48,218 nt of DNA from Nemertoderma westbladi. Taxonomy: Eukaryota; Animalia; Xenacoelomorpha. The notes below the pieces were generated by a model. The model did not search any database. It was not told where the DNA came from and saw only the letters and a list, made by a program, of their open reading frames with translations. This document shows positions 37,525 through 48,218 of this stretch, piece after piece. How positions within the stretch are numbered: position 1 is the stretch's first letter; each line of letters begins with the position of its first letter. The position numbers were made by a program, and so were the translations under genes. The stretch spans positions 1 to 48,218 of the forward strand of contig JAUCBJ010006876.1 in assembly GCA_032718475.1 (NCBI GenBank), read 5' to 3'.

Positions 37525-40500
37525 TGTTGTAAAAGCTTCTGTGGGATCTAACTGGCCCTTTTGCTTCGCAATCCAGTTTCCCCCCAGGCGCTGGAATACT
37601 CTAAAAGGGGTCCTCTAACTGTATATATATTCCCCTCGCCCGCAAGGTACCTTTACAGGTGTTTTAACGGACATAAAAGTCATTCTGCTATATACGTGTT
37701 TTAGCGGACATGGTAAGGCAAAAAACCTGCAATGCGACAAATACCTTTCATAGCTTAGCCGTGATGATTCATATTACGACATCTAACAGCTGGTTGCTGA
37801 CATGGAAACAGCCATTGGACGCATGGTTCTTTGTTTGGCTTGAGCCAATCAGAGCGATTTTTCCTGTCGACGTGTAGCTTTTCGGTCGATCATAAGGAGA
37901 GTGTTCAGTCTTACTGTTTTTTCTTGATACTTTTTGTTATTGCTACCTAGGCCAGGAACAACGGCTCTAGAGTCAATTCGTTTCATACTTTTAGAAGAAA
38001 CATTAGTAGGCTTAAATTATAGAGCGTATGACTGTTATCAGTCCAGTCCAATGCAATTCAATTCAATTCATATCAACTGGTTTCTATTTTTATATTATCG
38101 GTTCAATATACATTATTATACTGCTGTTTACTATTGTGTTTGGTTGAACATTATTTGGAGAACATATATAAAGAACCCAAATTTCCCAATTTTCTTGATA
38201 CACTACAGGTTAGAGAGACGGGTTATATATAGCGATTGCGACTTATATTATTGTGGTTTGTAGTGAATTTAATGCTATTTGATAAGCCCTACATGAGTCA
38301 ATTGCTGTTCGCTTTATATATGATAAAATTCATTGACGGTCGGCAAATTAGTGAGCAGTATTGTGTGTTACCGGTAGTGTGCATGATTGTGATTGATAAC
38401 TAAGCATTTCCTAAAGAATGCGCCTCATACGTGAATCTTAAGCCTTACCTACTTACCGTTGTGATTAGTATAAGTCATATCTCTGTTTACTTAGATAGAG
38501 CGCCACGTCCTAAAGGAACTGTTAATATTTCCCGAAAGTGAATAATATTAGTCAGAAATTAATTATTAACGATCAATCGAATAATACAATACAGTAAGCT
38601 TCACTGCAATAATAATCTAAGCCCTCAGAATCCAGTCTCCCGGGAATATCCAGCGGGTGAATGGACGCGCACTAGGCTGGCTTCTGCTAATGTTGTGTTT
38701 ATTGGTATTAAATATTTGTCATCTACTAAAGTATATTTATAAACCAAAAGACATATAAATTTTGGCAGGTTAAACTGCTAAAGGTCTTCAAAAGCGCGTA
38801 CAATAACAGTCATTGACTTTATTGCAGTAAGCAATAAAGTTGAAAGTACCGGTCAACCGGTAAACCTGAACCGGTACTTCTGTAGGTCAGTAGGCCCAAC
38901 TGCCAGAACCGGTACTTCTGTAGGCCTGTAGGCCCAACTGTCCTAACCGGTACTTCCAGTATAAGTACATTAGTATTATTCGATTTTGATTATTGTATAC
39001 CGGTAGGTCTCGATATTAAATCGGGGACGCCTGGTTTTTATTGGGATTTTACTTAGGTCTATTTCTGTCAGTTTTATTTCCTAGTAAGTTAATATTGAGC
39101 TGAAGACGTGTAAGTCTGCTCAGATTGTTCAGATAATTGTAGGCCGGACTGTTGTCGGATTGTTGTTGGGTTTGGAGAGATTACGGCGTGTGTAGAGTTT
39201 GTCCGATAGAGTGCCAGTTAGTAAGTTGGGGCAGCCATAGCTGTAAGGTCAATCCCCTCTTAAAGAATAAGTCGTACTACCGTGTTAGAACGCATACTAA
39301 CTAACAATTTTGTAATCTGCACATACTGTAGTTTATTTATGCTTGACAGTATTCTGCCAGCGCTTTGGACTGTGTTTGTTTGTGTGGTCTGTTCAGGTAC
39401 CGTAATAGTTATTACTCAGATATTTTGTAGGCTGGATTGTTGTCTAGCTATTATTAGGTCTGAAGAGATTGCTGCTTGTGTAGAGTTTGTCTGATAAAGT
39501 GCCAGTTAGTAAGTTGGGGCAGCAATAGCTGTAAGGTCAATCCCCTCTTAAAGAATAAGTCGTACTACCGTGTTAGAACGCATACTAACTAACCGTTTTG
39601 GAATCTGCACATACAGTAGTTTATTTAGGCTTGGTGGTAGTCTGCCAGCATTTGGTCTGTATTTTGTTTGAGTATTCTGTACGGGTAGCGTAATATTTAT
39701 TATTCAGAGTTTATGCGATTATTCGCAACATTCATGTCCCCAAGTTTATTCATACAGTAATTGTGCTTGTTATACATACCGTTATAGTTAAATTAACCCC
39801 GGTACTACACGGGCTGCTTGGCGTAGGACAAGACTGGTGACTTTGTGCTCTGGTCACTCCAGCAGATGCCGTGGTTCTTTTAACTGTTCAAGTATATTTA
39901 ACTACTGATTATTTGTTGTACTAGTACTTGTACCTAATTTAGGGTTTAGTGTACAGTGCTTTCCGAAGTAATTAGTGTGTAGGCAGTATATTTGTGTTGT
40001 AAAGTGGTTAATAGGCACGCTGGATCTGGTAGTCCGCGGTAATTAACTTCTAGGTAGGAACACTCCGTGATACATAACGTAGTACCTATAGCGATACGGT
40101 TATAGGTCGTCAGGCGGTGGTATTTTCCTATCTGGACAGTGCAATATATTTACTACTACTTATTATTTTCAAATACCGTAGTACCCTGTCCGTTGTAATA
40201 ACCAGAAATCTAACCCTTTGTTAGGCTGGTTTGTAGACTTCCTGTAAAATTACCCTAAAAATTCGTACGTAATATTTTTGTTGTGTTTAATTAGAGAATT
40301 AATCTCACCCGTATCATAAGTAATTTGTAGTATTAAGTAACTTAGGTAAATTAGAATTATCAGTTTTAGTGTCAAATAAATAGCACTTCACTGAGAGCGC
40401 ACAGCTTCTGTGTAGTGACCCCCCAGAAATAATAACATTTATTTCAAATATTGACAAAAACCCATTTTAAACGGGTATATATCTATTATAAATCAACTCA

Positions 40501-43500
40501 AACGATTTATAAATAGTAGGCCTGCCATACAACAACTAGGTCTCAAAATCAGTTGGACTACTGCTTAAATAACGGTAACAAAGTAAGTTAAAGTAACCAA
40601 GTAACCCTAAAATATTCAGAAATTCAATTATTCTAAAAATAATTGACATACCGGTATTTACCATAGGCTTATTATATTTATTTCTATAAATTTGAGCTGA
40701 AATCATACCGGTATTCTGTAATAATTCTAGTTCATAATTATACTTATATATACTATAAGTGTAAGCTGTATACCGGTATTCACGATAGGCCTATTATATA
40801 TTTATATATATTTGTGCTAAATTTATATACCGGTACTCTGTGACAAAACTAGTTTACAATACTTATATATATTATAAGTGCATACCGGTATTCTAATATA
40901 CTGCAATAAATTACCGGTACTAGGCCAACGGTCATACTGAATTACTAGACTTGCTTTAACTGTAACTATAGCAGTAAGCATTCAACTGTATAGCTAAACA
41001 TGTCTGACACTCAGCAAAACCTGTCAGACAGTCTAATCGATACAACCATCTGTGACACAGATAGGAGTGTGGAGCGATTAAGAAAGGAGTTCAGCTCACC
41101 TCCTACTGAAAGAAAGGTCATCCCTCCAGTAGTAGTATCAGACCCTAAGCTAATCCAACACCGTAGGTCTATCATCGGCACTCGGGCCCAAGTCAAACGG
41201 AACCAGGAAGCAGCTGTCCCACAGCAGCAACAGCCTAGTCAAGAAACTTGTTCCCAGCGATCAGATAGCTCCAGTAGTTCGGATACTGTCGAACTGACCC
41301 CCGAACGCGGATTGCAGATGACGGCTAAAGCCTACTCGGACCCCCTTCTCACCCTTCCTGCCGCAGTGCTAACAACTATATTGATTGCGGTGGAGGAACA
41401 TCAAGCAGATTGGGCGAGAAATAAGCGAGCGACCCAAGATAATTATGCGGGATACGCCAGGGAAGAATTGATGTCTATTGTCGAGTCACAATGGAACTTT
41501 CCCGGACCCGGACTCCCGTTAGATCTGTCCGAGGCTACTTGGGAAGATATACACAGGATGGGAGTGGCTAAAGATACGATGGATCCAGCTGTTTGGAAGA
41601 GGTCGGCAGCAGGATATGTGCAGGGATTCTTCGGCTCCTTAGAGAAATTAGAAGAACAACTGTTTCGACAACCCCAAGGACCTCAAGAGCAGGAAGAACT
41701 GCTATATCAAGTACGCGAAAGAACCCTACGCATTCGACTAATCCTATCAGCTTTTGAGGAAACTTCCAAAAGAAGACAGGACACGTCACTGCAGGTTGCT
41801 GTCAAAACTTGGTTCCAGCGGGTAGGTCTCCAAGTACAAGAAACAGACCAGTGGAAATCCCAGCTGTCTGAGAGACTAACTTATGAAGAACCAACCGATG
41901 CCACCCTTTCTCAGGTGGAAGGCGAAGAGACCTCAGAGAAACCACGAACGAGAGACGCCATAGACATTTATCTGTCCGACTATCAGCGATTCCTAGGAGA
42001 CGAAGAATTGAGGAGACGGCTGTCTGGACTTTCCCCCAATAGTGAAGGAACCCAGCGTGTGTTAGATTCAATCGATGCTGAAATGTTAGCTGCTAACCAA
42101 GCAGAATTTGATGAAAAACTCCGCCTCGCTAGAGTCCAAGAAGAAAAGGTAAAGAAAAGACGGATAGAGGAACAAAAGGCGGCGGCTACGGCAGAAGCAG
42201 AAGCAGAAAGAAAAGCAGCGGCGGTAGAAGTAGAAGCAGAAAGAATAGCAGCAAAGGCGGAAAGGGCAGTGGCAGAAGCAGAACGGAGAGCGTCTGAGCA
42301 GACTACCCAACTGGAGTTGGAAAATCTGCAAGAGACGCAAGACAACATAAATAAACAGTTAACTGCTAGGCAAATGCAGATGATGAGACGATCTACTCCC
42401 AAACGCCAGGGATACACATCATCGGAGGAAAGCGAAACCACCGATCCTGAAGGCGGAGGAAATAGATCTCGTCTAAGCAGGCGTAGAAAAACATCTCACC
42501 GTCACAAATTGCCTGATTTGCCCCCAGCTGTTAAAAGACAGCTAGCTAGCACAGACTTAGGTAGTACGGAACCCATAGACCAAACTGTTCAGGTCAAAAG
42601 ACTCCCTACAATAGTTGATGAGCCTGAAATAATTAGGCCTGTCGTTCCCAAAGTCACTTCTGTGTTAGAGACCCCTGTACTTCCAGAGCTTCACTCTAAA
42701 TTCCCTTTACACAGTACTACACTGCCTGTACCCGGTAGAACAGTCCATGAGAATATCCCTGTCCTGGAAGCTGAGAGAGAAATCAAAGATTTGTCTCCCG
42801 TCGTCCCGCGTCAGCCCGCTACTATGTTGGCGACTCCCGCTTCGGCGGTCGAGTGGGTAGAGGAGGGACGGCGGGGGATGAATCTCCTGCTCGGACAGAT
42901 GCAGGAGACTGTCCACCAGCTTAAGGGAACAGTAAGGGAAAGTAGGGCCGAATTGCAAGAAGTGCAGCAAAGTATCGCGCTAGAACGCGACAAATTAGTC
43001 AATATACAAAAGGGCATACCAATACCCCCTGTAACATTGTGTCAACCTGTTAGGTCTGAAGTATTACATGCGCAAGGTGTAGAGCCTACACGCATCTATA
43101 CTGCTAGTGAAGTAGAAACTCCTATAGCAAACCCTATTAAGGGTGATTATAGACCTGTTATTAATGATATTCCCTATAGACCTGATACTGATCCGAGAAA
43201 TTTATATACCGATAATTCGATATTAAATAACACGATGGCCCAAGAAAGCTTTACGCGGCAGATGGCTAGAACAGAAGCCCGCCAAGCGGTCAAAGTGGGA
43301 GAGATCGTCAAATTCAATGGAGATGAGATGAAATGGTTACCTTTCAACGAATATTACAAAGACAGCATACAGAACTCTGTACTATCTAACGGAGAGAAAC
43401 TTAGGTTCCTCATCAAGTGCTTGGAAGGACCTCCCAAGTTAATGGCGTTAAAGTTTATTGGACATCCAGAAGGATTAAGACAAGTATGGGATACATTAAA

Positions 43501-46500
43501 CATCAGGTATGGTAACAAGGATAACATAGCTAAGTATTTGTATGCAAAATTAGTAGCCCCCCGACACTTCCTTAGTAGCGGGATTATAGAGTTTTCCGAT
43601 GAGATTCAAGAGATCTGTAGACAATTGGACTGGTTAGGTAAGTCTCATGAATATCAGAGTTCAATGGTTATTGGAGCCGTAGTCTCTACTTTACCAAAGG
43701 GTGGAGTATGTACACGCTGGGACAAGAAAGTGTTGTACATGAATGAACAACAACGACGAAGTCCTACCATGGCTGATCTCATGTCCTTCTTGGATGGTGA
43801 GGTAAAACTACAACTCATCAAGCAGTCCAGAGAGAAAACATCGGAAAATAAGGTAAGTGAGAAACCCGCTTCTAGGAGAAGAATAACACCGGTGTGTTAC
43901 ACTGACGACGGCGAAAGCCAAGTTTCTCAAGAAGAGGACAGCGGGAAAGACACTGAGAGATCTTACTACGTCGACAAAACCTCAAAAGATGTAAGTAAAT
44001 ACAAGGCTCGAAACAACGATAGGAGAGAACAGGTTGCCAAGACCCCTCCTCAGTCTCCTAACAGAATGCACCGAAGAAAACCCGAAGAAAAAACGAGAGT
44101 GCATCAAGTTACCCAAGGTAAAGTGAGTAACATAAAACCTAACTGTGCGCTGTGCGACGGGACCCACCGTTTGAGTGCGTGTGCTGAATTTCTAAAGAAA
44201 TCCCTTGTAGACAGACGTGCAGTTGTGTGGGACAAGCGGTTATGCTATAATTGCCTCAGACCAGGACACCAACGGCGAACCTGTTACTCCGACATAAAGT
44301 GTGCAAAGTGTGGCGCGAAACATCACATCTTGTTACACAGTGAGTTCGAACGAGACAAACAGAGTCAGGTAAGTGAGCCCGAACTACATGTCCAATTCAG
44401 TGATGTAAATGACACTGATCAGGAGTCTGAGATGGAAGGATTCTATACTGACGAATTCTCCGACGCCAACGAATCCTGTTATCTAATCAATACCGCAGTG
44501 TATCGAGCACTTACTTATGAAAAGGACACCAACAATGAGTTTCCCCCAACTACTTTTGCCAAACAACCATCTTGGAAAGCTCCAACTTCCAACGTAGGAA
44601 TCAGAGAATTTCCTGTAGTGCAGGTAAGAGTTCACGGTCTTAACAAAAGTTACATAGTGAACGCCCTCCTTGACTCCGGCAGCACAGGAACATTCATCGA
44701 TCAAGAATTAGCCGAAGATATCTTTGCTGGACAACCCAAATTCCGGACTAAATTGAATATGTCAGGAATTATGCAGGTTTGGAAATCTACCTTAACGGCA
44801 GATTACTATGTAGGTGTGTTGTCCACCCCCCAGGATAAGTTAGGAGCACAAGGTATAAGGTCGGTAAAAATGGTGGCTATAAAGAACTTCGCTACTACTC
44901 AAGCAGACCTTTATAATTGGGACGAGGATGAGAGCATCCAACATCTTAAGATACCTCGATTCCAGACAGATTATCCTGGAGTGCAAATACTCATCGGCCA
45001 AAACGCGCATGAGGCGCTCGAAACATTGGAGAAACGGCCTGCTCAACCACAGCCACTGCAAACCTATGCGGTAAGAACTAGAGTAGGTTGGTACTTTACT
45101 GGCCCTTCCCGCAGGACTCTCGAAGAGAGAATGCCACAAGAACAAACATACCAAGTACATGATTGGGAAGTGGAGAGCAGTGAGGTGGACGAACTAACTG
45201 AGGGAACACCATACTCCTCAGATAATGACGACATCTACCAACTCTTCGATGAAGAGAACACAATCGACCTACTTACAGAAAACCAAACTTGGAAAAGTCA
45301 GGTGAACCTATGTCAACTGATTCACCCATCGGAACCCATCGCTTACAATGACGAACTAAACGATGAGATAGAGCGCTGCAACGCTAGAACTCGGGACGAA
45401 CTAGCCGTACGATTCTTTACTCAGGAACTGGTAGAGCCCAATTCATATGATAAGGCTCTATCGATAGAAGAAGAAAGAGCCAAGCAAATCCAGGAAACAA
45501 CCACACGTTTTTTAAAGGACCAAGGTAGGTATGAAATCGGCCTACCATTTCGAAAACGAGAACCTAGATTTATAAATAACAGACCCTTGGCGGAGAAAAG
45601 AATCGCTCAATTACATCGACGACTTACAGCTAATGCTTCAGCGAAAGAAATGTACCAAACTCAGCTGAAGAAATTTATAACAAAGGGATACGCGGAGAGA
45701 GTACCGGAAGGAACACCAGTGACTGAGAGAACGTATTATTTAACACATCATTACGTTCCCAAACCCGGTAAACCCCATGAAGTCCGAGTCGTATTCGATG
45801 GCTCCGCTCTATATATGGGCCAATCCCTCAATTCCGAGTTGTTACCAGGACCCAACTTACTCCAATCTTTGTTGGGAATACTATTAAGATTAAGACAATA
45901 TTCCATCGCGTTCGCCTCTGATATAGAAGGAATGTTCTTACAAGTCAAGGCGCTGGATAGAGATAGAGATAGCCTGAGATTTCTGTGGTGGCCTGAAGGA
46001 GACCTCAACCAGAAACCGGTAGAGTACTGGATGACCATCCAGGCTTTTGGGATCATATCAAGCCCTTCCAACGCCTGCTCCGTGGTGCGAACCACTGCGA
46101 ATGACAACCGAGACTCCTTCTCCAAAGAAGTGATAGACAACATAAAACGCAATATATACATGGACGACAATTTAAGGTCCCTTCCATCAGTAGAAGAAGC
46201 CATAGCTGTCGCGAAAGGAACGGTAGAGTGTTTGAAAAGAGGTGGATTTCGACTGACGAAATTCACTAGTAACTCCCGTGAGTTTCTGGAAGCCATACCG
46301 GTAGAAGATCGCGGAGCGAAAGACCTAGACTTAATAAAGGACGATCTTCCTGAAACCAAGACGCTAGGCTTGAAGTGGGACACTGAAAGAGACATCCTGT
46401 TTTTTCAGTTAAAACAGCGAGATAATCCAGTTCGGACCAAACGGATTTGTTTAAGTATCCTGAGCACTTATTTCGACCCATTGGGATTTATTAGCCCAGT

Positions 46501-48218
46501 TATATTGATTGCTCGGAGTTTAGTACAACAAATGTGGCTTGAAAACCACTCATGGGACGATCCGCTTAAAGGGGAATTGTTAAAGAAATGGATGAAATGG
46601 GAAGATTCTCTACCTGCCATCGAGAACTTTATAATTTCCCGTGCATATTTTGGCCATGTTCTTCCTACGTATTCCTATCAACTCCATGTGTTTGGAGACG
46701 CCAGCGACATGGGAATAGGTATAGTAGCATATCTGCGAGTCGAAACTCCGGATGGAATCAAAGTCGCCTTGGTTACCTCTAAGGCATTGATTAACAACAA
46801 GTTAAAGGTTCCTCGAGCGGAGTTAAAGGCGGCTTTATACGCTACAGCCATCGGCCGGAACGTAACGGAACAAATCGACTATCCACTGGAGAAAACGGTT
46901 TATTGGACCGACGCTTTACTCGTGTTGGAGTATCTCACCAATGAAGTCTGTCAGTTTAGCGTTTTTGTTACTAACCGAGTAGCTATTATTCTTAGTCGCA
47001 CAAAGATAGATCAATGGAGACATTGCCCTGGTACGATTAATCCAGCCGATATCGCCTCCAGGGGAGCAACTCCACAGGAACTGATAGATACTCCAGATTG
47101 GTTGGGTGGACCCGACTTCCTGAGCAAGGAAGAGGATGAATGGCCTCCTCACCTTACTACGGCAGAGATTAGACAAGCCAAGGGAGCGGAGACAGTCAAA
47201 CCTAAAACCCGGGCGAGTAAATCGAAGTTATTTAAACCGACTATCGATCTATCTGTATTACATACTTCCGGGAATGATGCTTCGGATCCACAATCCCTCA
47301 ACACAAATAAGTCTGTTGTGGAAATTAGAGATAGAGATTGGAAATCTGGAATACCAGACGTCTCGCAAGGAATCTCACCCATGCTGCAGAGAGCAATGCA
47401 TCATTACAGTTCCTGGAATCGGCTCTGTAAAGCCGTCACATATTTAAGACGATGTTTTCATCATCACTACTCCAGGACGAAGACCACTAGTGATCACGCT
47501 CCATTGACATCTGCACAAGTTCATGTTATTAAGAATTTACCCAAATATAAGATATCTGATCGTTTTCTAAAGGAGAAAATTAGTCACCAGGAGTATGAAG
47601 AAACAAATAAGCAGATACTGAGACTCCTGCAATGCTATGAGGATTCCGAAAAGTACTTCCTGTTGTTGAGAAATCCACAGATGCGCTTAAGGGATCGATT
47701 CTCGAGCACAATGATAGATGGGTTAATACGTGTTGGAGGAAGACTCACCAACGCACCCTTATCCTTTGACACCAAATTCCCCATACTTATTAGAAATCTT
47801 GAAGTACAAATCAAGATGATTGTAGACGTTCACAGTAAACTTTACCATGCTGGTAGAGAACGAATTCTTAGCGAAATTCGAACTCGCTATTATTTTGATA
47901 AACCCCGTAGAGCTCTGAACCAAGTTCTTAGGAACTGCATACCCTGTAGGAAAGCATTCAGTAGGCCTTTAACACAGCGAGAGGCAGAATTACCTAGGGA
48001 ACGAGTAAACTTCTATGAACCACCTTTTACTAATACTGGTGTAGATTTATTTGGCCCTATTGAAGTATATCGTGCGAGGACTATAGTCAAGAGATGGTGT
48101 GTCATCTTCGTGTGCATGACTTGTAGAGCCATCCATCTCGATATGGTGAACGATCTATCTACCAACAGCTTCGTCTTAAGTTTACGACGACAGATCGCTC
48201 GCTTTGGGACGAGTAATA
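37525..48218 (+). mobile_element. BEL/Pao LTR retrotransposon, running off the window
   Basis: Probable 5' LTR starts TGT at ~37525, where an RTE fragment breaks off, and has a CCAAT box at ~37843. The LTR end is undetermined. A long leader precedes a single gag-pol ORF. Confidence 0.8.
41000..48218 (+). CDS. BEL/Pao gag-pol polyprotein (partial, >2400 aa): DUF1759-type gag, Zn knuckles, protease, RT, RNase H, integrase
   Basis: ATG at 41000 is in the same frame as KFNGDEMKW (~43310), CALC..H..C/CYNC..H..C/CAKC..HH.LLH (~44144-44340), LLDSGS (DSG 44672), YMDD (46157), FGDAS, NPADIASRG, H..H..CIPC and GVDLFGP (~48040). It is absent from the track because no stop falls in the window. Confidence 0.93.
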   Translation, partial: MSDTQQNLSDSLIDTTICDTDRSVERLRKEFSSPPTERKVIPPVVVSDPKLIQHRRSIIGTRAQVKRNQEAAVPQQQQPSQETCSQRSDSSSSSDTVELTPERGLQMTAKAYSDPLLTLPAAVLTTILIAVEEHQADWARNKRATQDNYAGYAREELMSIVESQWNFPGPGLPLDLSEATWEDIHRMGVAKDTMDPAVWKRSAAGYVQGFFGSLEKLEEQLFRQPQGPQEQEELLYQVRERTLRIRLILSAFEETSKRRQDTSLQVAVKTWFQRVGLQVQETDQWKSQLSERLTYEEPTDATLSQVEGEETSEKPRTRDAIDIYLSDYQRFLGDEELRRRLSGLSPNSEGTQRVLDSIDAEMLAANQAEFDEKLRLARVQEEKVKKRRIEEQKAAATAEAEAERKAAAVEVEAERIAAKAERAVAEAERRASEQTTQLELENLQETQDNINKQLTARQMQMMRRSTPKRQGYTSSEESETTDPEGGGNRSRLSRRRKTSHRHKLPDLPPAVKRQLASTDLGSTEPIDQTVQVKRLPTIVDEPEIIRPVVPKVTSVLETPVLPELHSKFPLHSTTLPVPGRTVHENIPVLEAEREIKDLSPVVPRQPATMLATPASAVEWVEEGRRGMNLLLGQMQETVHQLKGTVRESRAELQEVQQSIALERDKLVNIQKGIPIPPVTLCQPVRSEVLHAQGVEPTRIYTASEVETPIANPIKGDYRPVINDIPYRPDTDPRNLYTDNSILNNTMAQESFTRQMARTEARQAVKVGEIVKFNGDEMKWLPFNEYYKDSIQNSVLSNGEKLRFLIKCLEGPPKLMALKFIGHPEGLRQVWDTLNIRYGNKDNIAKYLYAKLVAPRHFLSSGIIEFSDEIQEICRQLDWLGKSHEYQSSMVIGAVVSTLPKGGVCTRWDKKVLYMNEQQRRSPTMADLMSFLDGEVKLQLIKQSREKTSENKVSEKPASRRRITPVCYTDDGESQVSQEEDSGKDTERSYYVDKTSKDVSKYKARNNDRREQVAKTPPQSPNRMHRRKPEEKTRVHQVTQGKVSNIKPNCALCDGTHRLSACAEFLKKSLVDRRAVVWDKRLCYNCLRPGHQRRTCYSDIKCAKCGAKHHILLHSEFERDKQSQVSEPELHVQFSDVNDTDQESEMEGFYTDEFSDANESCYLINTAVYRALTYEKDTNNEFPPTTFAKQPSWKAPTSNVGIREFPVVQVRVHGLNKSYIVNALLDSGSTGTFIDQELAEDIFAGQPKFRTKLNMSGIMQVWKSTLTADYYVGVLSTPQDKLGAQGIRSVKMVAIKNFATTQADLYNWDEDESIQHLKIPRFQTDYPGVQILIGQNAHEALETLEKRPAQPQPLQTYAVRTRVGWYFTGPSRRTLEERMPQEQTYQVHDWEVESSEVDELTEGTPYSSDNDDIYQLFDEENTIDLLTENQTWKSQVNLCQLIHPSEPIAYNDELNDEIERCNARTRDELAVRFFTQELVEPNSYDKALSIEEERAKQIQETTTRFLKDQGRYEIGLPFRKREPRFINNRPLAEKRIAQLHRRLTANASAKEMYQTQLKKFITKGYAERVPEGTPVTERTYYLTHHYVPKPGKPHEVRVVFDGSALYMGQSLNSELLPGPNLLQSLLGILLRLRQYSIAFASDIEGMFLQVKALDRDRDSLRFLWWPEGDLNQKPVEYWMTIQAFGIISSPSNACSVVRTTANDNRDSFSKEVIDNIKRNIYMDDNLRSLPSVEEAIAVAKGTVECLKRGGFRLTKFTSNSREFLEAIPVEDRGAKDLDLIKDDLPETKTLGLKWDTERDILFFQLKQRDNPVRTKRICLSILSTYFDPLGFISPVILIARSLVQQMWLENHSWDDPLKGELLKKWMKWEDSLPAIENFIISRAYFGHVLPTYSYQLHVFGDASDMGIGIVAYLRVETPDGIKVALVTSKALINNKLKVPRAELKAALYATAIGRNVTEQIDYPLEKTVYWTDALLVLEYLTNEVCQFSVFVTNRVAIILSRTKIDQWRHCPGTINPADIASRGATPQELIDTPDWLGGPDFLSKEEDEWPPHLTTAEIRQAKGAETVKPKTRASKSKLFKPTIDLSVLHTSGNDASDPQSLNTNKSVVEIRDRDWKSGIPDVSQGISPMLQRAMHHYSSWNRLCKAVTYLRRCFHHHYSRTKTTSDHAPLTSAQVHVIKNLPKYKISDRFLKEKISHQEYEETNKQILRLLQCYEDSEKYFLLLRNPQMRLRDRFSSTMIDGLIRVGGRLTNAPLSFDTKFPILIRNLEVQIKMIVDVHSKLYHAGRERILSEIRTRYYFDKPRRALNQVLRNCIPCRKAFSRPLTQREAELPRERVNFYEPPFTNTGVDLFGPIEVYRARTIVKRWCVIFVCMTCRAIHLDMVNDLSTNSFVLSLRRQIARFGTSN

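Noticed and set aside
41011-47447. Many short ORFs overlapping the BEL region (e.g. 41983..42441-, 45751..46395-)
   Set aside because: Shadows of the long + strand gag-pol frame, with no independent motifs.

Overview
This is AT-rich eukaryotic DNA, most likely from an invertebrate animal (inference), and transposable elements dominate it. One host gene is supported: a five-exon rhodopsin-class GPCR on the + strand, join(16647..16868, 21762..21934, 25396..25607, 33221..33327, 35656..35868), about 308 aa, with every splice phase matching. Two elements appear intact. The first is a full-length CR1/L2-group LINE (1438..7249, ORF1 plus PHD-APE-RT ORF2) that splits an older RTE element into two in-frame halves. 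The second is a BEL/Pao LTR retrotransposon with a single >2400-codon gag-pol ORF from 41000 to the window end; the ORF track misses it because no stop falls in the window. GPCR intron 3 is almost filled by nested non-autonomous DNA transposons: a P-like element with long TIRs encloses a CACAGTG-terminated foldback element with a 4-bp TSD, a Sola-like fragment and an LTR-like repeat pair. Also present are degenerate RTE/L2/RTEX/Gypsy fragments, tRNA-derived SINEs, MITEs, hairpins and a 24-bp minisatellite. I found no CRISPR array, rRNA or convincing functional tRNA. I cannot demonstrate a new biological system; the best leads are listed as findings.
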